Position numbers and translations under genes: made by a program
DNA from: a virus
Reading direction: 5' to 3' (one strand)
DNA length: 64,000 nt
Virus record (IMG/VR): IMGVR_UViG_3300042558_000825
Location: 32,001-96,000 of that record
Notes under the pieces: model-generated
What the model was told of the DNA's origin: nothing
Databases searched by the model: none
What the model saw: only the letters and a program-made list of their open reading frames with translations
Part shown: positions 32,601-41,883 of the stretch, in pieces
Numbering within the stretch: the stretch's first letter is position 1
Layout of the letters: each line of letters opens with the position of its first letter

Positions 32601-32984
32601 ATTTTCACTTGTTTGAATGCTTACTACTTTGATATAGCCTTGGCCAGCAAGATTACGTTTAGGAGTATAGCTAACTAGGTTGGCTAGTTTAACAACACTA
32701 TCTCTACGTTCGGCAGTATCAATAAAGTTTTCACGTGCATTTAAATCACTACGGAAAGCTAGACCTTGACCCATAAAGGCCATAACGTCCATTAATGCAA
32801 TGAATTCACTTGATTCAATGTAATCGTTAAAAGTTTCCGGATAGTAAACACGTAGATAGTCAATAAAACTTTTACGTAGTGTTTCATAGTCATATGAACG
32901 GAAATCGGCTTCACGGAAGGTTTGATAGATTGCCTTCCAATCGTTGACGCCGAATAATGCTGATTGTCGTGAGCTGGTTGCCAT
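29604..32984 (-). CDS. gp6: Baseplate wedge subunit, T4 gp6-like
   Basis: DFRSYDYETLRKSFIDYL..FNDYIESSEF..ENFIDTAERRDSVVKLA..SYTPKR; FGDGVF; ETLSNIKQRAP..QNRMVNGEDY. Confidence 0.85.
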   Translation of the reverse strand: MATSSRQSALFGVNDWKAIYQTFREADFRSYDYETLRKSFIDYLRVYYPETFNDYIESSEFIALMDVMAFMGQGLAFRSDLNARENFIDTAERRDSVVKLANLVSYTPKRNLAGQGYIKVVSIQTSENITDLNGFNLSNQTVLWNDPANVNWLEQFNTIINATLINTQRIGRPGNTAQISGIKTDEYAINIPPTTLPIVPFTAVVDNQSMNFELVSSTTLNEDYVYEIPPAPSGRMNMAYRNDKLGYGSPNTGFFFYFKQGILQNFDFNLAQQIANQVVDIDIQGINNTDTWLYQLSTDNSSTTTRTLWNQVENVYADAYLQTENSVRRIFSVGSRFNDQVSYVFGDGVFSEIPVGTFRAYVRAGNALTYTIDPTEMQNLSVTLSYISRVGRTETLTLGLELQTPVSNAQARETLSNIKQRAPSRYYTQNRMVNGEDYNNFPYTLYSSIIKSKAINRSSVGVSKNLDLLDPTGKYSSTNSFASDGGMYQDSTNGNTLLTITTTGDIITFLTDSLAVLLADNRARQYYIQNYTRYSVNTASGDGTVYWEEQTVDANSLTGYFYNINGSDNTPIPIGTYSTHNMKYATKGAMIKFVAPSGYYFSETNRLIAGIASPSDKTYIWTTVLNVVGDGYNNGEGAFSNGTGPVTLNGYVPQGAIVTTILPAFDNSLPNIVIQECVVRMELNQSFSLIFDNSLTIAQDRWSIGAYNASNYFINFLSSGNNRYSISYRSLTYYFGSVADTRFTFETGKLVYDPFSGKILQDFVKVLATNTQFNSNYALAAPVSTSIIGQTVESDGYINDFEVEIASIDVNDRTLVSNPDFFTEVTGYVTGNTNIGVYTFFELIQDAINLSRYQLIASSTVVYQYPTKTQIEVVKYEYPEGQLFYAYSDNLFYRTIQDQTVNTLYYVVTEQPQYIMKPGRQGLQFQYRHNSNNTTRIDPATTNIIDLYLVTQSYYTAYQNWLQDITDTVPMPDKPTINELSQSYGSLNDYKMLSDSVILNSVVFLPLFGPKAPELLRATVKVIRANNTNASDSEIRSAVLSAMNAYFDINNWNFGDTFYFSELSAYLHAQVGELISSAVLVPNDPTMSFGDLYEIKSAPYEIFANGATANDVVVIAALTPAQLQIR

Positions 32985-33003
32985 AGTGGTATTCTCTTTT
33001 AAG

Positions 33004-33009
33004 TATTTA
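33004..33009 (-). promoter_or_regulatory. Putative late promoter (GATAAATA)
   Basis: TAAATA 19 nt upstream of the gp6-like start. Confidence 0.6.
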
Positions 33010-33038
33010 TCTTAAATGAAAACACCACTTTTGGAAGA

Positions 33039-33488
33039 TTACTGAATTACTGCAGTATTTGTACTATTATTGAAGAAAACACTAAGCATTTCTGCATTAT
33101 TAAACGGAGTAACCGCTAATTCTACTTCAATTAATATGCCGTTTTCTTGAGGGTAAGCACTAACAGTATTAACTATCATTCTTGGATCTTGATTAGCAAC
33201 TCGTCTAATTTCAGTCTCTAATTTGTTTTGAACATCAAACGTATTTGGTTCAAAAACAAAACTCCAAAGAGTAGTTCCATATGCAGGATTCCCTACTTTT
33301 TGACCCTGTTGTATATTCAATGCGTTAATGAAATCTTGAATTACAAGTTGTCGGTCAACTAATCTATACTTTTTACCAGGAATAACTGGTTGTACCATAG
33401 AACCTACACCACCTGCAATACCTGCTGGTAAATTAGTAGATCGGGGCTTGTTAGCGTTAATTGTACTGAAACCAATATATGATGGCAT
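33039..33488 (-). CDS. gp25: Baseplate wedge subunit, gp25-like
   Basis: GQKVGNPAYGTTLWSFVFEP..EIRRVANQDPR, typical of the GPW/gp25 family; TAAATA at 33505-33510. Confidence 0.85.
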   Translation of the reverse strand: MPSYIGFSTINANKPRSTNLPAGIAGGVGSMVQPVIPGKKYRLVDRQLVIQDFINALNIQQGQKVGNPAYGTTLWSFVFEPNTFDVQNKLETEIRRVANQDPRMIVNTVSAYPQENGILIEVELAVTPFNNAEMLSVFFNNSTNTAVIQ

Positions 33489-33507
33489 GTTTTATCCTAT
33501 ACTATAT

Positions 33508-36500
33508 TTATGCTTTATTTGCTATGGCACTTATCTTGTCTGTAATATCACCAAATGCTTTAACTTCTGCTATATACGTTTGTTTGGCAATATCTATTGC
33601 CGGGTCACCGGGTGGTAAATTATCTCTTGCTTGCACAAAAGCATCACGTGCTTGTCTAACTTTCTTTTGTTGTTCGTCTTTTTCAACAACCAATGCTTGT
33701 TGTTGTTTAACTAGTTCGTTTAATCTATCAGATTCAGCTTTTATTGAAGAACTAAGTCCTCCGTAATTTGGCGCTGGTATTTTAGAATTACCTAATAGAC
33801 TAGTAACTTGTGCAGTTAGTTCACTACGATCATTTGTATTAATAGCAACTGTAGGTAGCTTGATAGGTACTGCACCACCTGAACTCATTGAGCTTATTGC
33901 TGAATTTAATTGTGCGGCTGCTCCAGCTGGTAATCCTGCACTCGCTAATGAAGCCAATGATAGTTTACCACTCTTTAAATCATCTAATCCTTTTGTTAAT
34001 GCTCCGGCAGCGCCAGTAGCCGCAGTTAATATACCCGAAGATGCTAACGGGTTGACTGATGCTAAATTAGATATACCATTAGTAATAGATGAAGCTTGAC
34101 CAATTAACCCTGTAACTGCACTAACTCCTGGTACACTATTAATTGCACCAACTGCATTGTTAACCACAGAAGCAACTACACTAGCACCACCGGGTAATGC
34201 TCCTAATCCAGTAGATAGATTTGCTGTTATCCCCGATGCTGTTTTTAATAATCCACTGGCTGCACCTGTTACTGCCCCCAATGCACCAGTTATTCCTCCG
34301 GTAACAGCACCTATTGCTCCGGTTATTCCACCTGTTACTGCACTCAATGCACCTGCTATTCCGCCGGCTGATGGTGCTTGTGCTGCCGCTTGTGCTTTTT
34401 CAGTAATTTCTTTAATATTTTGCGGGACACCTGCGGTTAATGTCGGGAATGCACCAGTTATTGCGGCAAATGCACTACCTGCAACACCTTTAGCACTATC
34501 TAATAATCCGGCTATACCAGCAACAGCGCCTTTAGCCATTCCACCTAATGCACCTGCAATACTACTTAAACCACCAGTAACTGTACTTGCTAAGTTACCA
34601 GCAAAATTACCAGCTGACACTAGGCTACTAGCTGAACCTAATACACTATTCAATGCTCCAGTAGCGGCTCCAACTACATTTGATATTGCACCATTAACTG
34701 CTCCTGTTACTGCGCTAGCGGCATTGCTAACTAAATTAACAGTATTTTGTACGCCTGCTGTAGCCGCTGACATTACTAAACCTGCAATTGATGCACCTGA
34801 TTCTTTTCCAGTAATTAAACCAGTTGATGTTAATGCAGATTGTGCTTGGGTGAATGTAGCAACTTGTGTAACAACTTGAGCTACAGGGTTGTTGACATAA
34901 CTAGTTAAGTTTTCTGCTACTTTACCCGTAAATAAATTTGGTGTTAATGCTTGTTGAATTGTTTTTCCACCTTGTATTAAATTGTTAACCAATGCGGCTG
35001 AACCTGGTTTAATAACTCCGCCTGCTTCCATTTGCGCAGGACTTTGTGCCATAGCACCCACTGCCGCAACTGCGCCTTGAGCGGTTTCCACAACACCGGC
35101 CCCTAATTTAACTGCGGCGGCTGCTGGACCAGTTGCAGCCAATGTAGATATTTGACCAACCATTGTTCCTGTTGTGTTTTTATCTAATGCCGCACTGATT
35201 GCTGATGAAGGAGGAACTGTAGAGGCAACTGCAACACTTACTGGAGTAGTTGGTGCGCCTGCACTTGCATTTGCTGCCGCTACAGCTGGACTAGGAGCAG
35301 AGGGTAATGCCGCACTAGCATTGTTGTTAACTTTAACATCTACCCCTTGATTAGCACTAGCCCATGGTGCATGAGCAGGTGCTCTACTTACAATACTTAA
35401 TAATTTTCCTGGTGCCGCTGCCCAACCTTTAGTAGCATCATTTAATGTATCGGTATGTGCTGTTATCGGCAGTGGTTTGACTTCTTGTGGAATTAAACTT
35501 GATGCCCCTGTATTTAAATTAATCTTACTACCATTAAAATATGTTATAGCATCACTATAAAATGATGAATCGGCTGCACTTGCAAAACTCATCTTACCAT
35601 CTACTTTGGTAGTGTACTGTCCAGAAGCATATAAACTAAAATCTGTTCCAACTTTCTGTGTGGTTTCTTTCTCACTGCTGATGGCAATAGTATCTGCACT
35701 GATGTTTAATTGTTTACCTGCATTAATATTAATATTGTTATCAGCATGTAGATTTAAATCACCTTGTGTCCTTACATTGAATGAGTTAGTAGAGTACATA
35801 TCTATTGTACCTTCTTTGCCTAACTCAATGTAACTTTGCCCATTGGCGTGAATAATGAATAGTGTTTGACCATCATCACTCATTAATATTTGATGTCCTA
35901 AACTACTACGTAATCTTACTAATTGGTCTTTACCCAATATATCTCCGTCATCCATTACTAGTGTGTGACCACCTCTACGTGCAACGACTTTTAATCCGGT
36001 TGGTTTCTCGCTAGTAGCGGCATTAGCAATTGTTTCATCAGTGAAACCACCTTCATATATAGGTCTGCCCGGTGTACTGACACCCCATCCAACCCTTGAT
36101 GGAGTTTCACGTTGGGCGCTTGATCCAATAACACCTCTAATAGGATCTCTAATTAAACCCTGTTGTGATAATATACTAGCGACATAACTATGCACGGGTT
36201 TTGCATCAGTTAAAAATTTATTACTGTTTGCTAACCCTGCATTATTAGTATTAAGATTAGTTACTGGTAATCTGACGGCGCCACCTAATCCTTTTGCTTC
36301 ACCTGCATTTGCTACAATGTTATCTGTACCACCGATTGCTGGTACCATTTGTAATGCTTCGGGTTGCGGAACACATCCTATCCAAAATCCATAATTAGGA
36401 TCACCGTTAATGAATATACATATAACAGTTGTACCTAAATCAGGCTGACTATTCCACATACCATAACTGTTAGGGTTCTTAATATATTCTCCCCACCCTG

Positions 36501-36747
36501 TATTTGCGCTTGATGGTGTGGTTACTCCGTAAAAAGGACTCATGTAACTAACAGTTACCCATGCGTTACTATCATTAGGATCTGATCCACCTAAATCACT
36601 AATATAGACTTGTAATCTACCAGAACGAATAGGATCTATATTGTCTTTAACAATACCAAATAAAGGTACGCTACGTAATACTGCACCGCCTGCATCCGGT
36701 TGACTTGCCTTAGTACTACCTCTAGGTTTTATTTCATCATATGCCAT
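33508..36747 (-). CDS. gp5: Baseplate hub/spike protein, gp5/VgrG-like OB-fold with long Ala/Gly-rich extension
   Basis: GIVKDNIDPIRSGRLQVYI..W..SPFYG..YGMW..PDLGTTV..FINGD OB-fold; GHTLVMDDG/GHQILMSD beta-helix repeats; no lysozyme motif seen. Confidence 0.8.
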   Translation of the reverse strand: MAYDEIKPRGSTKASQPDAGGAVLRSVPLFGIVKDNIDPIRSGRLQVYISDLGGSDPNDSNAWVTVSYMSPFYGVTTPSSANTGWGEYIKNPNSYGMWNSQPDLGTTVICIFINGDPNYGFWIGCVPQPEALQMVPAIGGTDNIVANAGEAKGLGGAVRLPVTNLNTNNAGLANSNKFLTDAKPVHSYVASILSQQGLIRDPIRGVIGSSAQRETPSRVGWGVSTPGRPIYEGGFTDETIANAATSEKPTGLKVVARRGGHTLVMDDGDILGKDQLVRLRSSLGHQILMSDDGQTLFIIHANGQSYIELGKEGTIDMYSTNSFNVRTQGDLNLHADNNININAGKQLNISADTIAISSEKETTQKVGTDFSLYASGQYTTKVDGKMSFASAADSSFYSDAITYFNGSKINLNTGASSLIPQEVKPLPITAHTDTLNDATKGWAAAPGKLLSIVSRAPAHAPWASANQGVDVKVNNNASAALPSAPSPAVAAANASAGAPTTPVSVAVASTVPPSSAISAALDKNTTGTMVGQISTLAATGPAAAAVKLGAGVVETAQGAVAAVGAMAQSPAQMEAGGVIKPGSAALVNNLIQGGKTIQQALTPNLFTGKVAENLTSYVNNPVAQVVTQVATFTQAQSALTSTGLITGKESGASIAGLVMSAATAGVQNTVNLVSNAASAVTGAVNGAISNVVGAATGALNSVLGSASSLVSAGNFAGNLASTVTGGLSSIAGALGGMAKGAVAGIAGLLDSAKGVAGSAFAAITGAFPTLTAGVPQNIKEITEKAQAAAQAPSAGGIAGALSAVTGGITGAIGAVTGGITGALGAVTGAASGLLKTASGITANLSTGLGALPGGASVVASVVNNAVGAINSVPGVSAVTGLIGQASSITNGISNLASVNPLASSGILTAATGAAGALTKGLDDLKSGKLSLASLASAGLPAGAAAQLNSAISSMSSGGAVPIKLPTVAINTNDRSELTAQVTSLLGNSKIPAPNYGGLSSSIKAESDRLNELVKQQQALVVEKDEQQKKVRQARDAFVQARDNLPPGDPAIDIAKQTYIAEVKAFGDITDKISAIANKA

Positions 36748-36750
36748 ATA

Positions 36751-39195
36751 TTATGCTCCGCCCCTTGGTCTGCCGTTAACGGGTTCATCTCTGCCACCTT
36801 GATTTGCGGGTTGTTTTGTGGGATTTACTATGTTATCATCATCTTTTTCAGTGGCCGCATTAAGAGCTTTGTTTGTAGAATTAGCTCCTGCACCTGCAGT
36901 GGCAGCCAATCTAGCAGTTTCAGCGGCTGATTCATTTGGTGCATAAGCATATCTATTTCCAGCTTCATTTAATCTATTGCCTTCAGCACCTGATTGGTTT
37001 GCTGTACTTTCAAATCTAGTAGATGATGCAATTGGTCTACCACCTGGATTAGTGGATTCTTTATTTATTATATCTGTCATAGGATTTATAATACATCCTA
37101 GTTCTTGTGTAAATTTACCTTTTGCAAAACTGCTAGTTACTTCTATAACCTGATAACTTATTCCCTTAACAATTGATGCAACTTCTTTAGGATACTTCCA
37201 AAATAATATAGATTCATTTATTGTTAACAACCCGTTATCATTACTATAATCTTCTGCTTCTTTAAAATCTATTTCAATAAACACTTGACCACCGTTTGGA
37301 TTGATAGTAAATCCTTTGCCATAAAATTGACGATATATTTGATTTGCTGAACTAGGGCTATCTTGCATTAAAAAATCAGGGTCACCCATAATAGTAACTT
37401 TTGCACTAGCATAATTACCTGGATCAAATAAACTAGTTAGATATGAATTTTGTGCTTCTTTACCTAAATCTAATTTACCTGTTCTATCTTCATTTTGTCG
37501 TTTACCCGGTTGAGTAGCTATATCTTGTCCGCCACCTTGACTAGCCGGTGCACCAGTTGGATTGTTTGCGGCAATGAAATATGCATTATCTAACTTCTGT
37601 TCATAATTTATGATTTCTGAATTCTTTCCAGTAAACCAATATTCATATCGTTTGTGTGGTCCGTAATATTTTGTAGTCTTGGTTACGTATGGGCTAGTAA
37701 CGTATGGTGTTTCATATGGCTGTATGATATATGTAATCTTATATGCAAAGTCACCGGCTACTGTATCAAACCCTAAACATTTAACTTCAGAACCTAAATT
37801 ATACCATTTAATGGCATCTGGTTTAGGATCAGGAACATTAGGGCCGCCTTGATTAGCTGGTACTGGTTGAACAGTTGATTTTATAACTACATTTAATGCA
37901 TTTTCTAAATAGCTACTTTGTGATATAATTGAGCCTAATGCTTGCATAATAGATACATCATTCGCAAAAGTAATAGTCCTACTATTGCCATTAGGTGTAG
38001 CGGTTACAGAGACACCCTCATTAACTTGATTTACATTTTTAGCTAAACTCATAGGCCATTTTGATTTATTTAAATCAGCAATACTTACAATTGTTGCACC
38101 ACCTATATCTACTTCAGAATTTCCTAAAAATACAACATCATATTCATTTGGTATAATACCATCAGGTGTTTCCGAATTAACTCTATTTTGTTGGTATTCA
38201 TTTAATTGTGTTATTAAACCGTTAGGACCTTTCAATATTTCTTTTATTGTACTACCTTCATATCTACCGCCTTTATCCAATCTACCAAATTTTACACCAA
38301 ATGCAGTTTGAGGAGCAATAGGGGCAGCTATAATATTATATACGGTCATCTTACCGTCAAGTTTAAATTTAAAACTTTTAATTTTAATATCAAAAAATCT
38401 TTCATATACTCCACCCGAGTCACCAGTTATATCTCTATTATCTTTATTATATATTGTGCTTGATGATATCTCTCTTCCTTCTTCATCATACCCTTGAAAT
38501 CTAATACCTAATACAAAAAATTGTCTGGTTGCATTAAACAAATCTTTATAATTTTTTAATTTACTTTTATTTTTTAATAACTCTGCGGCATTTGATAATT
38601 TTGATATGAATGAAAACCCATATGGTTCATAAATGTTAAATGAAATTTCACTATCGTTAGATGCTGTACTAGTTGCGGGACCAGCTGTTTTAGTTTTAAT
38701 TTTTAATTCATCTATATAATAATCATAATCAAATGCACGTTTACTTGTTTTATTGTTTATTCCACCGCTCTGTGCTATAATATATGCGCCCGAAAAACCA
38801 CTTTCAACTTCAGTAGCTACTTGTGGGTTAGCAACATTATTAATAGCATTAATATTATTTCTTCCAGATAAAATAAATGCATCATACGCATCCGGAGTAA
38901 TCATATACAACGTAATCTGATATGTGTAACTTGACAAACTTCCTAATGGATTTTGAGGGCGCATGCCGGGTTTCTGACTGTCCGGACCTGCACTTTGTGC
39001 CTTTGTTTGTTCTGATCTAGGTCTGTCAGCAGTAATAACTATTTCAGGAACATTATCTAAATTACCAGATGGGTTGGGATTTGCTTCTGCTTGATTTTCT
39101 TTATTTGCTCCGCTATCTCCGTCAGCTTCTCTGGTAAGATTATTGGGATTGGTTTTATTTTCTGTTGCTGGTGGAATTGGTTCAGTGGCTGCCAT
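36751..39195 (-). CDS. Putative baseplate hub protein
   Basis: Lies between the gp53-like and gp5-like genes; NPL..SYTY, IYEPYG, YEYWFTGKN, IMGDPDF and YQVIEVTSSFAKGKFTQEL motifs. Confidence 0.6.
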   Translation of the reverse strand: MAATEPIPPATENKTNPNNLTREADGDSGANKENQAEANPNPSGNLDNVPEIVITADRPRSEQTKAQSAGPDSQKPGMRPQNPLGSLSSYTYQITLYMITPDAYDAFILSGRNNINAINNVANPQVATEVESGFSGAYIIAQSGGINNKTSKRAFDYDYYIDELKIKTKTAGPATSTASNDSEISFNIYEPYGFSFISKLSNAAELLKNKSKLKNYKDLFNATRQFFVLGIRFQGYDEEGREISSSTIYNKDNRDITGDSGGVYERFFDIKIKSFKFKLDGKMTVYNIIAAPIAPQTAFGVKFGRLDKGGRYEGSTIKEILKGPNGLITQLNEYQQNRVNSETPDGIIPNEYDVVFLGNSEVDIGGATIVSIADLNKSKWPMSLAKNVNQVNEGVSVTATPNGNSRTITFANDVSIMQALGSIISQSSYLENALNVVIKSTVQPVPANQGGPNVPDPKPDAIKWYNLGSEVKCLGFDTVAGDFAYKITYIIQPYETPYVTSPYVTKTTKYYGPHKRYEYWFTGKNSEIINYEQKLDNAYFIAANNPTGAPASQGGGQDIATQPGKRQNEDRTGKLDLGKEAQNSYLTSLFDPGNYASAKVTIMGDPDFLMQDSPSSANQIYRQFYGKGFTINPNGGQVFIEIDFKEAEDYSNDNGLLTINESILFWKYPKEVASIVKGISYQVIEVTSSFAKGKFTQELGCIINPMTDIINKESTNPGGRPIASSTRFESTANQSGAEGNRLNEAGNRYAYAPNESAAETARLAATAGAGANSTNKALNAATEKDDDNIVNPTKQPANQGGRDEPVNGRPRGGA

Positions 39196-39507
39196 TTATA
39201 GTCCCAACAATTGTTTTAAGAAATCTGCCTTAGGTAAATAAATTCCCACACCTGCAACAAAATCAAAGTAAGGATCTTTTAATCTGTTTGGATTTCTTTG
39301 AGCAAATACCCACCACAATCTACTATCAGCATATAAGTCATATGCTAACATATCCGGACGATATTCATATAATAATGTGATTTCCCAATATATATCAGAT
39401 GGCTGTTTATATATAGGTCTATCTATCATTACATCTAAAAATTTACTATTAACTATGTCTGTAGCATAGTACGGACTTGTTGCTGGATAAAGAGAGTTGT
39501 TTGACAT
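39196..39507 (-). CDS. gp53: Baseplate wedge protein, gp53/LysM-like
   Basis: YEYRPDMLAYDLYADSRLWWVFAQRN motif; start placed at the ATG overlapping the upstream stop (TAATG). Confidence 0.75.
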   Translation of the reverse strand: MSNNSLYPATSPYYATDIVNSKFLDVMIDRPIYKQPSDIYWEITLLYEYRPDMLAYDLYADSRLWWVFAQRNPNRLKDPYFDFVAGVGIYLPKADFLKQLLGL

Positions 39508-40805
39508 TACCATATTCCTCCGCCACTACGTTTACTACCTTGTAGTAATTTGCCAGTAGCATATTCTGCTAAACTAAATTTATTACTTATATCATTACGT
39601 GTTACTATTGGGTAAGCAGTCAATGAAAGTTGTATCTTTGTAGGTACATATGTAGGCTGTGTGTTAGATTGCTTTTGCCAATTAGGTGCACTTTCAGTAC
39701 CGCCAAAATTTAAACCACTAACTTGTAATCTACGACATGCTGTACTATCATCTACTACAATATCATTACCATTGTCATATCCACTTGAATTAACTCCTGA
39801 TAATAATGTTGGACTACCTGCTCTTATATAGTCTACATCATTAGGTAGATTATAATTAAATGAACTTATCACTAATGGGTGTCTGTCAAATTGAAACTCT
39901 CCCATACCAGATAGATAACATAATGGTGGGGGAGTGCCTGGTTTAGGAATTTGATCTTGCCCATAAAACATTTTAGTAACCGACCTAAAGAAATGTATCA
40001 CTGCTAACATGTAATTTGCTTCATCATTGTCTTGTGCAGTGAAATCACAAGTAATATTAATCTGGTCAATACTACTATTTTTATATTGGAATATTTTATA
40101 ATTACTATGTATCAATTCACCCGCATCATAATGAGCGGCATATGTAACTTGTATTTGGGGTACGTATGGAAAAATGACACCATCTGTTTTTTGTAACGGG
40201 CCTAGTATTCCTGGATTTTGTGCTTTATATAAATAACCAGCACTTGGTGCTAAACTTAAACGTACACGCCAATCACCTTGTGTTTTTGCATTTTCAGCAT
40301 CTTGGGTAATTTGTTGTGCCCTAGCTCTATCAACTGAACCTTGTAACCCTTGCATTCCACCATATGCACCAATTATATCTTGTTCAGTACGTGGGAGGAT
40401 TTCACCATTAATTATATCAGCTTCTAATCTTGCTTTTTCAATTGCATCGTCTACATTAGCTGGTTCGTAATTCTCAATATTTTGTGGTGTTGCGTTAGCT
40501 TCTAAGAAGGCATCGGTTGCGGCTTGAGTTTGTCCAGTAACTGGTGCTGGTGTTGCGTTGTCTACTTTAGTTGTGGCCGGGGGCGGGGCGGGTTGTGTCG
40601 CAGGCTTTGATGCGGCAGTTATTTGGGCCTGAACAGATGCAATATTTTCATTTAATACTATAACCTCTGCCTTTAATCTTGCAATATAGGCAGCGTTCAT
40701 TTGATAATTAGGATTGATATTAGCCAGACTCTGGAGTTTTATCCTCAATGATTCTCTGAGTGCCGCTAGCTCTACGGTTAATGCGCCTATATTAGCTGTT
40801 CCCAT
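39507..40805 (-). CDS. Baseplate tail-tube cap/initiator-like protein (gp48/gp54-like) with N-terminal coiled-coil extension
   Basis: GVIFPYVPQI..FTAQ..HFFRSVTKMFYG..GTPPPLCYL..PLVISSFNY; heads the baseplate operon; TAAATA at 40829-40834. Confidence 0.6.
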   Translation of the reverse strand: MGTANIGALTVELAALRESLRIKLQSLANINPNYQMNAAYIARLKAEVIVLNENIASVQAQITAASKPATQPAPPPATTKVDNATPAPVTGQTQAATDAFLEANATPQNIENYEPANVDDAIEKARLEADIINGEILPRTEQDIIGAYGGMQGLQGSVDRARAQQITQDAENAKTQGDWRVRLSLAPSAGYLYKAQNPGILGPLQKTDGVIFPYVPQIQVTYAAHYDAGELIHSNYKIFQYKNSSIDQINITCDFTAQDNDEANYMLAVIHFFRSVTKMFYGQDQIPKPGTPPPLCYLSGMGEFQFDRHPLVISSFNYNLPNDVDYIRAGSPTLLSGVNSSGYDNGNDIVVDDSTACRRLQVSGLNFGGTESAPNWQKQSNTQPTYVPTKIQLSLTAYPIVTRNDISNKFSLAEYATGKLLQGSKRSGGGIW

Positions 40806-40863
40806 GGTGTTATACCTTTACTAAATAGTATTTATCGCTATAAAATTTACCCTTTTTTCTATA

Positions 40864-40898
40864 TTGTTGTTGCTTTTCAACAACAAAAGTGTTACAAT
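40864..40898 (+). promoter_or_regulatory. Sigma70-type promoter for the gp55-like gene, overlapped by a perfect 9-bp inverted repeat
   Basis: TTGCTT (40870-75), 17-nt spacer, TG-n-TACAAT (-10 at 40893-98); inverted repeat TTGTTGTTG-CTTTT-CAACAACAA (40864-86). Confidence 0.7.
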
Positions 40899-40922
40899 AT
40901 ATAAAAACATAACAAGGAAACT

Positions 40923-41834
40923 ATGTCTCTACTCCCCGCACCACGCAAACCCGTCAACTATCTAAATAACAAAGATATTCTAAAAGAGATACACGAAAGT
41001 AAAAACGCATATTGCTGTTTTACTAAACCAGAATATCATCGCTATGATTTTATTGTAGATATGCCGCAATCACCAATTGAAGATAGTCTAGCTTATGCTT
41101 TCAAACCAGAAACTATTCAACAAGCAAAAGAAACACGGGCACTACGTCTTAGTTTAGAACAGGGTAGTAAAGACAGTGTTAGCCCCGATTCAATAGAATT
41201 AACAGATTTAATATTTCGTGTAATGACTTGGGATCATGTTCCGGTCGCACCAAAACAACCCCGCAAAACAGTTAAAAAGAAAACAGCAAAGGACATCTTT
41301 GAGTTTGAGGAAGTAGATCCAGATGAGATTTTTGCTGATTTAGAAGATAATACAACTAAAGCTGAAGTAGACGACATGGTTCATGTTAAAGTTAACTTCC
41401 CCCCATTCCAACATTATAAAATTGACAGCAACAACACATTCTATTGTGTAGGTAAAAGTCATTGGGAAGGCGATCTAGCAACCGGTGCTTTTAATAAAGA
41501 ACACGGAAACATCACTAACAAACTTGCCCGAATGTACATTATGATGTGCGAAAAATACGCAATGAAATATAATTGGCGTGGATACACCTACAACGATGAA
41601 ATGCGTAACTCAGCTATCCTTCAACTAACATATGTTGGCTTACGTTTTAATGAAGCTAAATCAGCTAACCCGTTTGCTTACTACACGGCTGCTATAACAA
41701 ATAGTTTCTGTCGTGTATTGAATACGGAAAAACGCAATCAAAACATACGTGATGATATCTTAGAAATCAATGGTCTTAACCCAAGTTGGAGTCGTCAAGG
41801 TTCCGGGTCAAGTAGTACAGTATACGAAGAATAA
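40923..41834 (+). CDS. gp55: Late-transcription sigma factor, T4 gp55-like
   Basis: NYLNNKDILKEI, NWRGYTYNDEM and FNEAKSANPFAYYT motifs; followed by gp47 and gp46 as in T4-like phages. Confidence 0.85.
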   Translation: MSLLPAPRKPVNYLNNKDILKEIHESKNAYCCFTKPEYHRYDFIVDMPQSPIEDSLAYAFKPETIQQAKETRALRLSLEQGSKDSVSPDSIELTDLIFRVMTWDHVPVAPKQPRKTVKKKTAKDIFEFEEVDPDEIFADLEDNTTKAEVDDMVHVKVNFPPFQHYKIDSNNTFYCVGKSHWEGDLATGAFNKEHGNITNKLARMYIMMCEKYAMKYNWRGYTYNDEMRNSAILQLTYVGLRFNEAKSANPFAYYTAAITNSFCRVLNTEKRNQNIRDDILEINGLNPSWSRQGSGSSSTVYEE

Positions 41835-41848
41835 TTTGTCCAATGGCA

Positions 41849-41877
41849 TTGCTTTGTAGTGCCACATCCTTTATAAT
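41849..41877 (+). promoter_or_regulatory. Sigma70-type promoter for gp47/gp46
   Basis: TTGCTT (41849-54), 17-nt spacer, TATAAT (41872-77); the ATG follows after 6 nt. Confidence 0.7.
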
Positions 41878-41883
41878 CAACAT

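Noticed and set aside
40870-41877. TTGCTT as a T4 MotA box (middle promoter)
   Set aside because: The spacing to the -10 box fits a sigma70 -35 element (17 nt) and is longer than MotA-box spacing.
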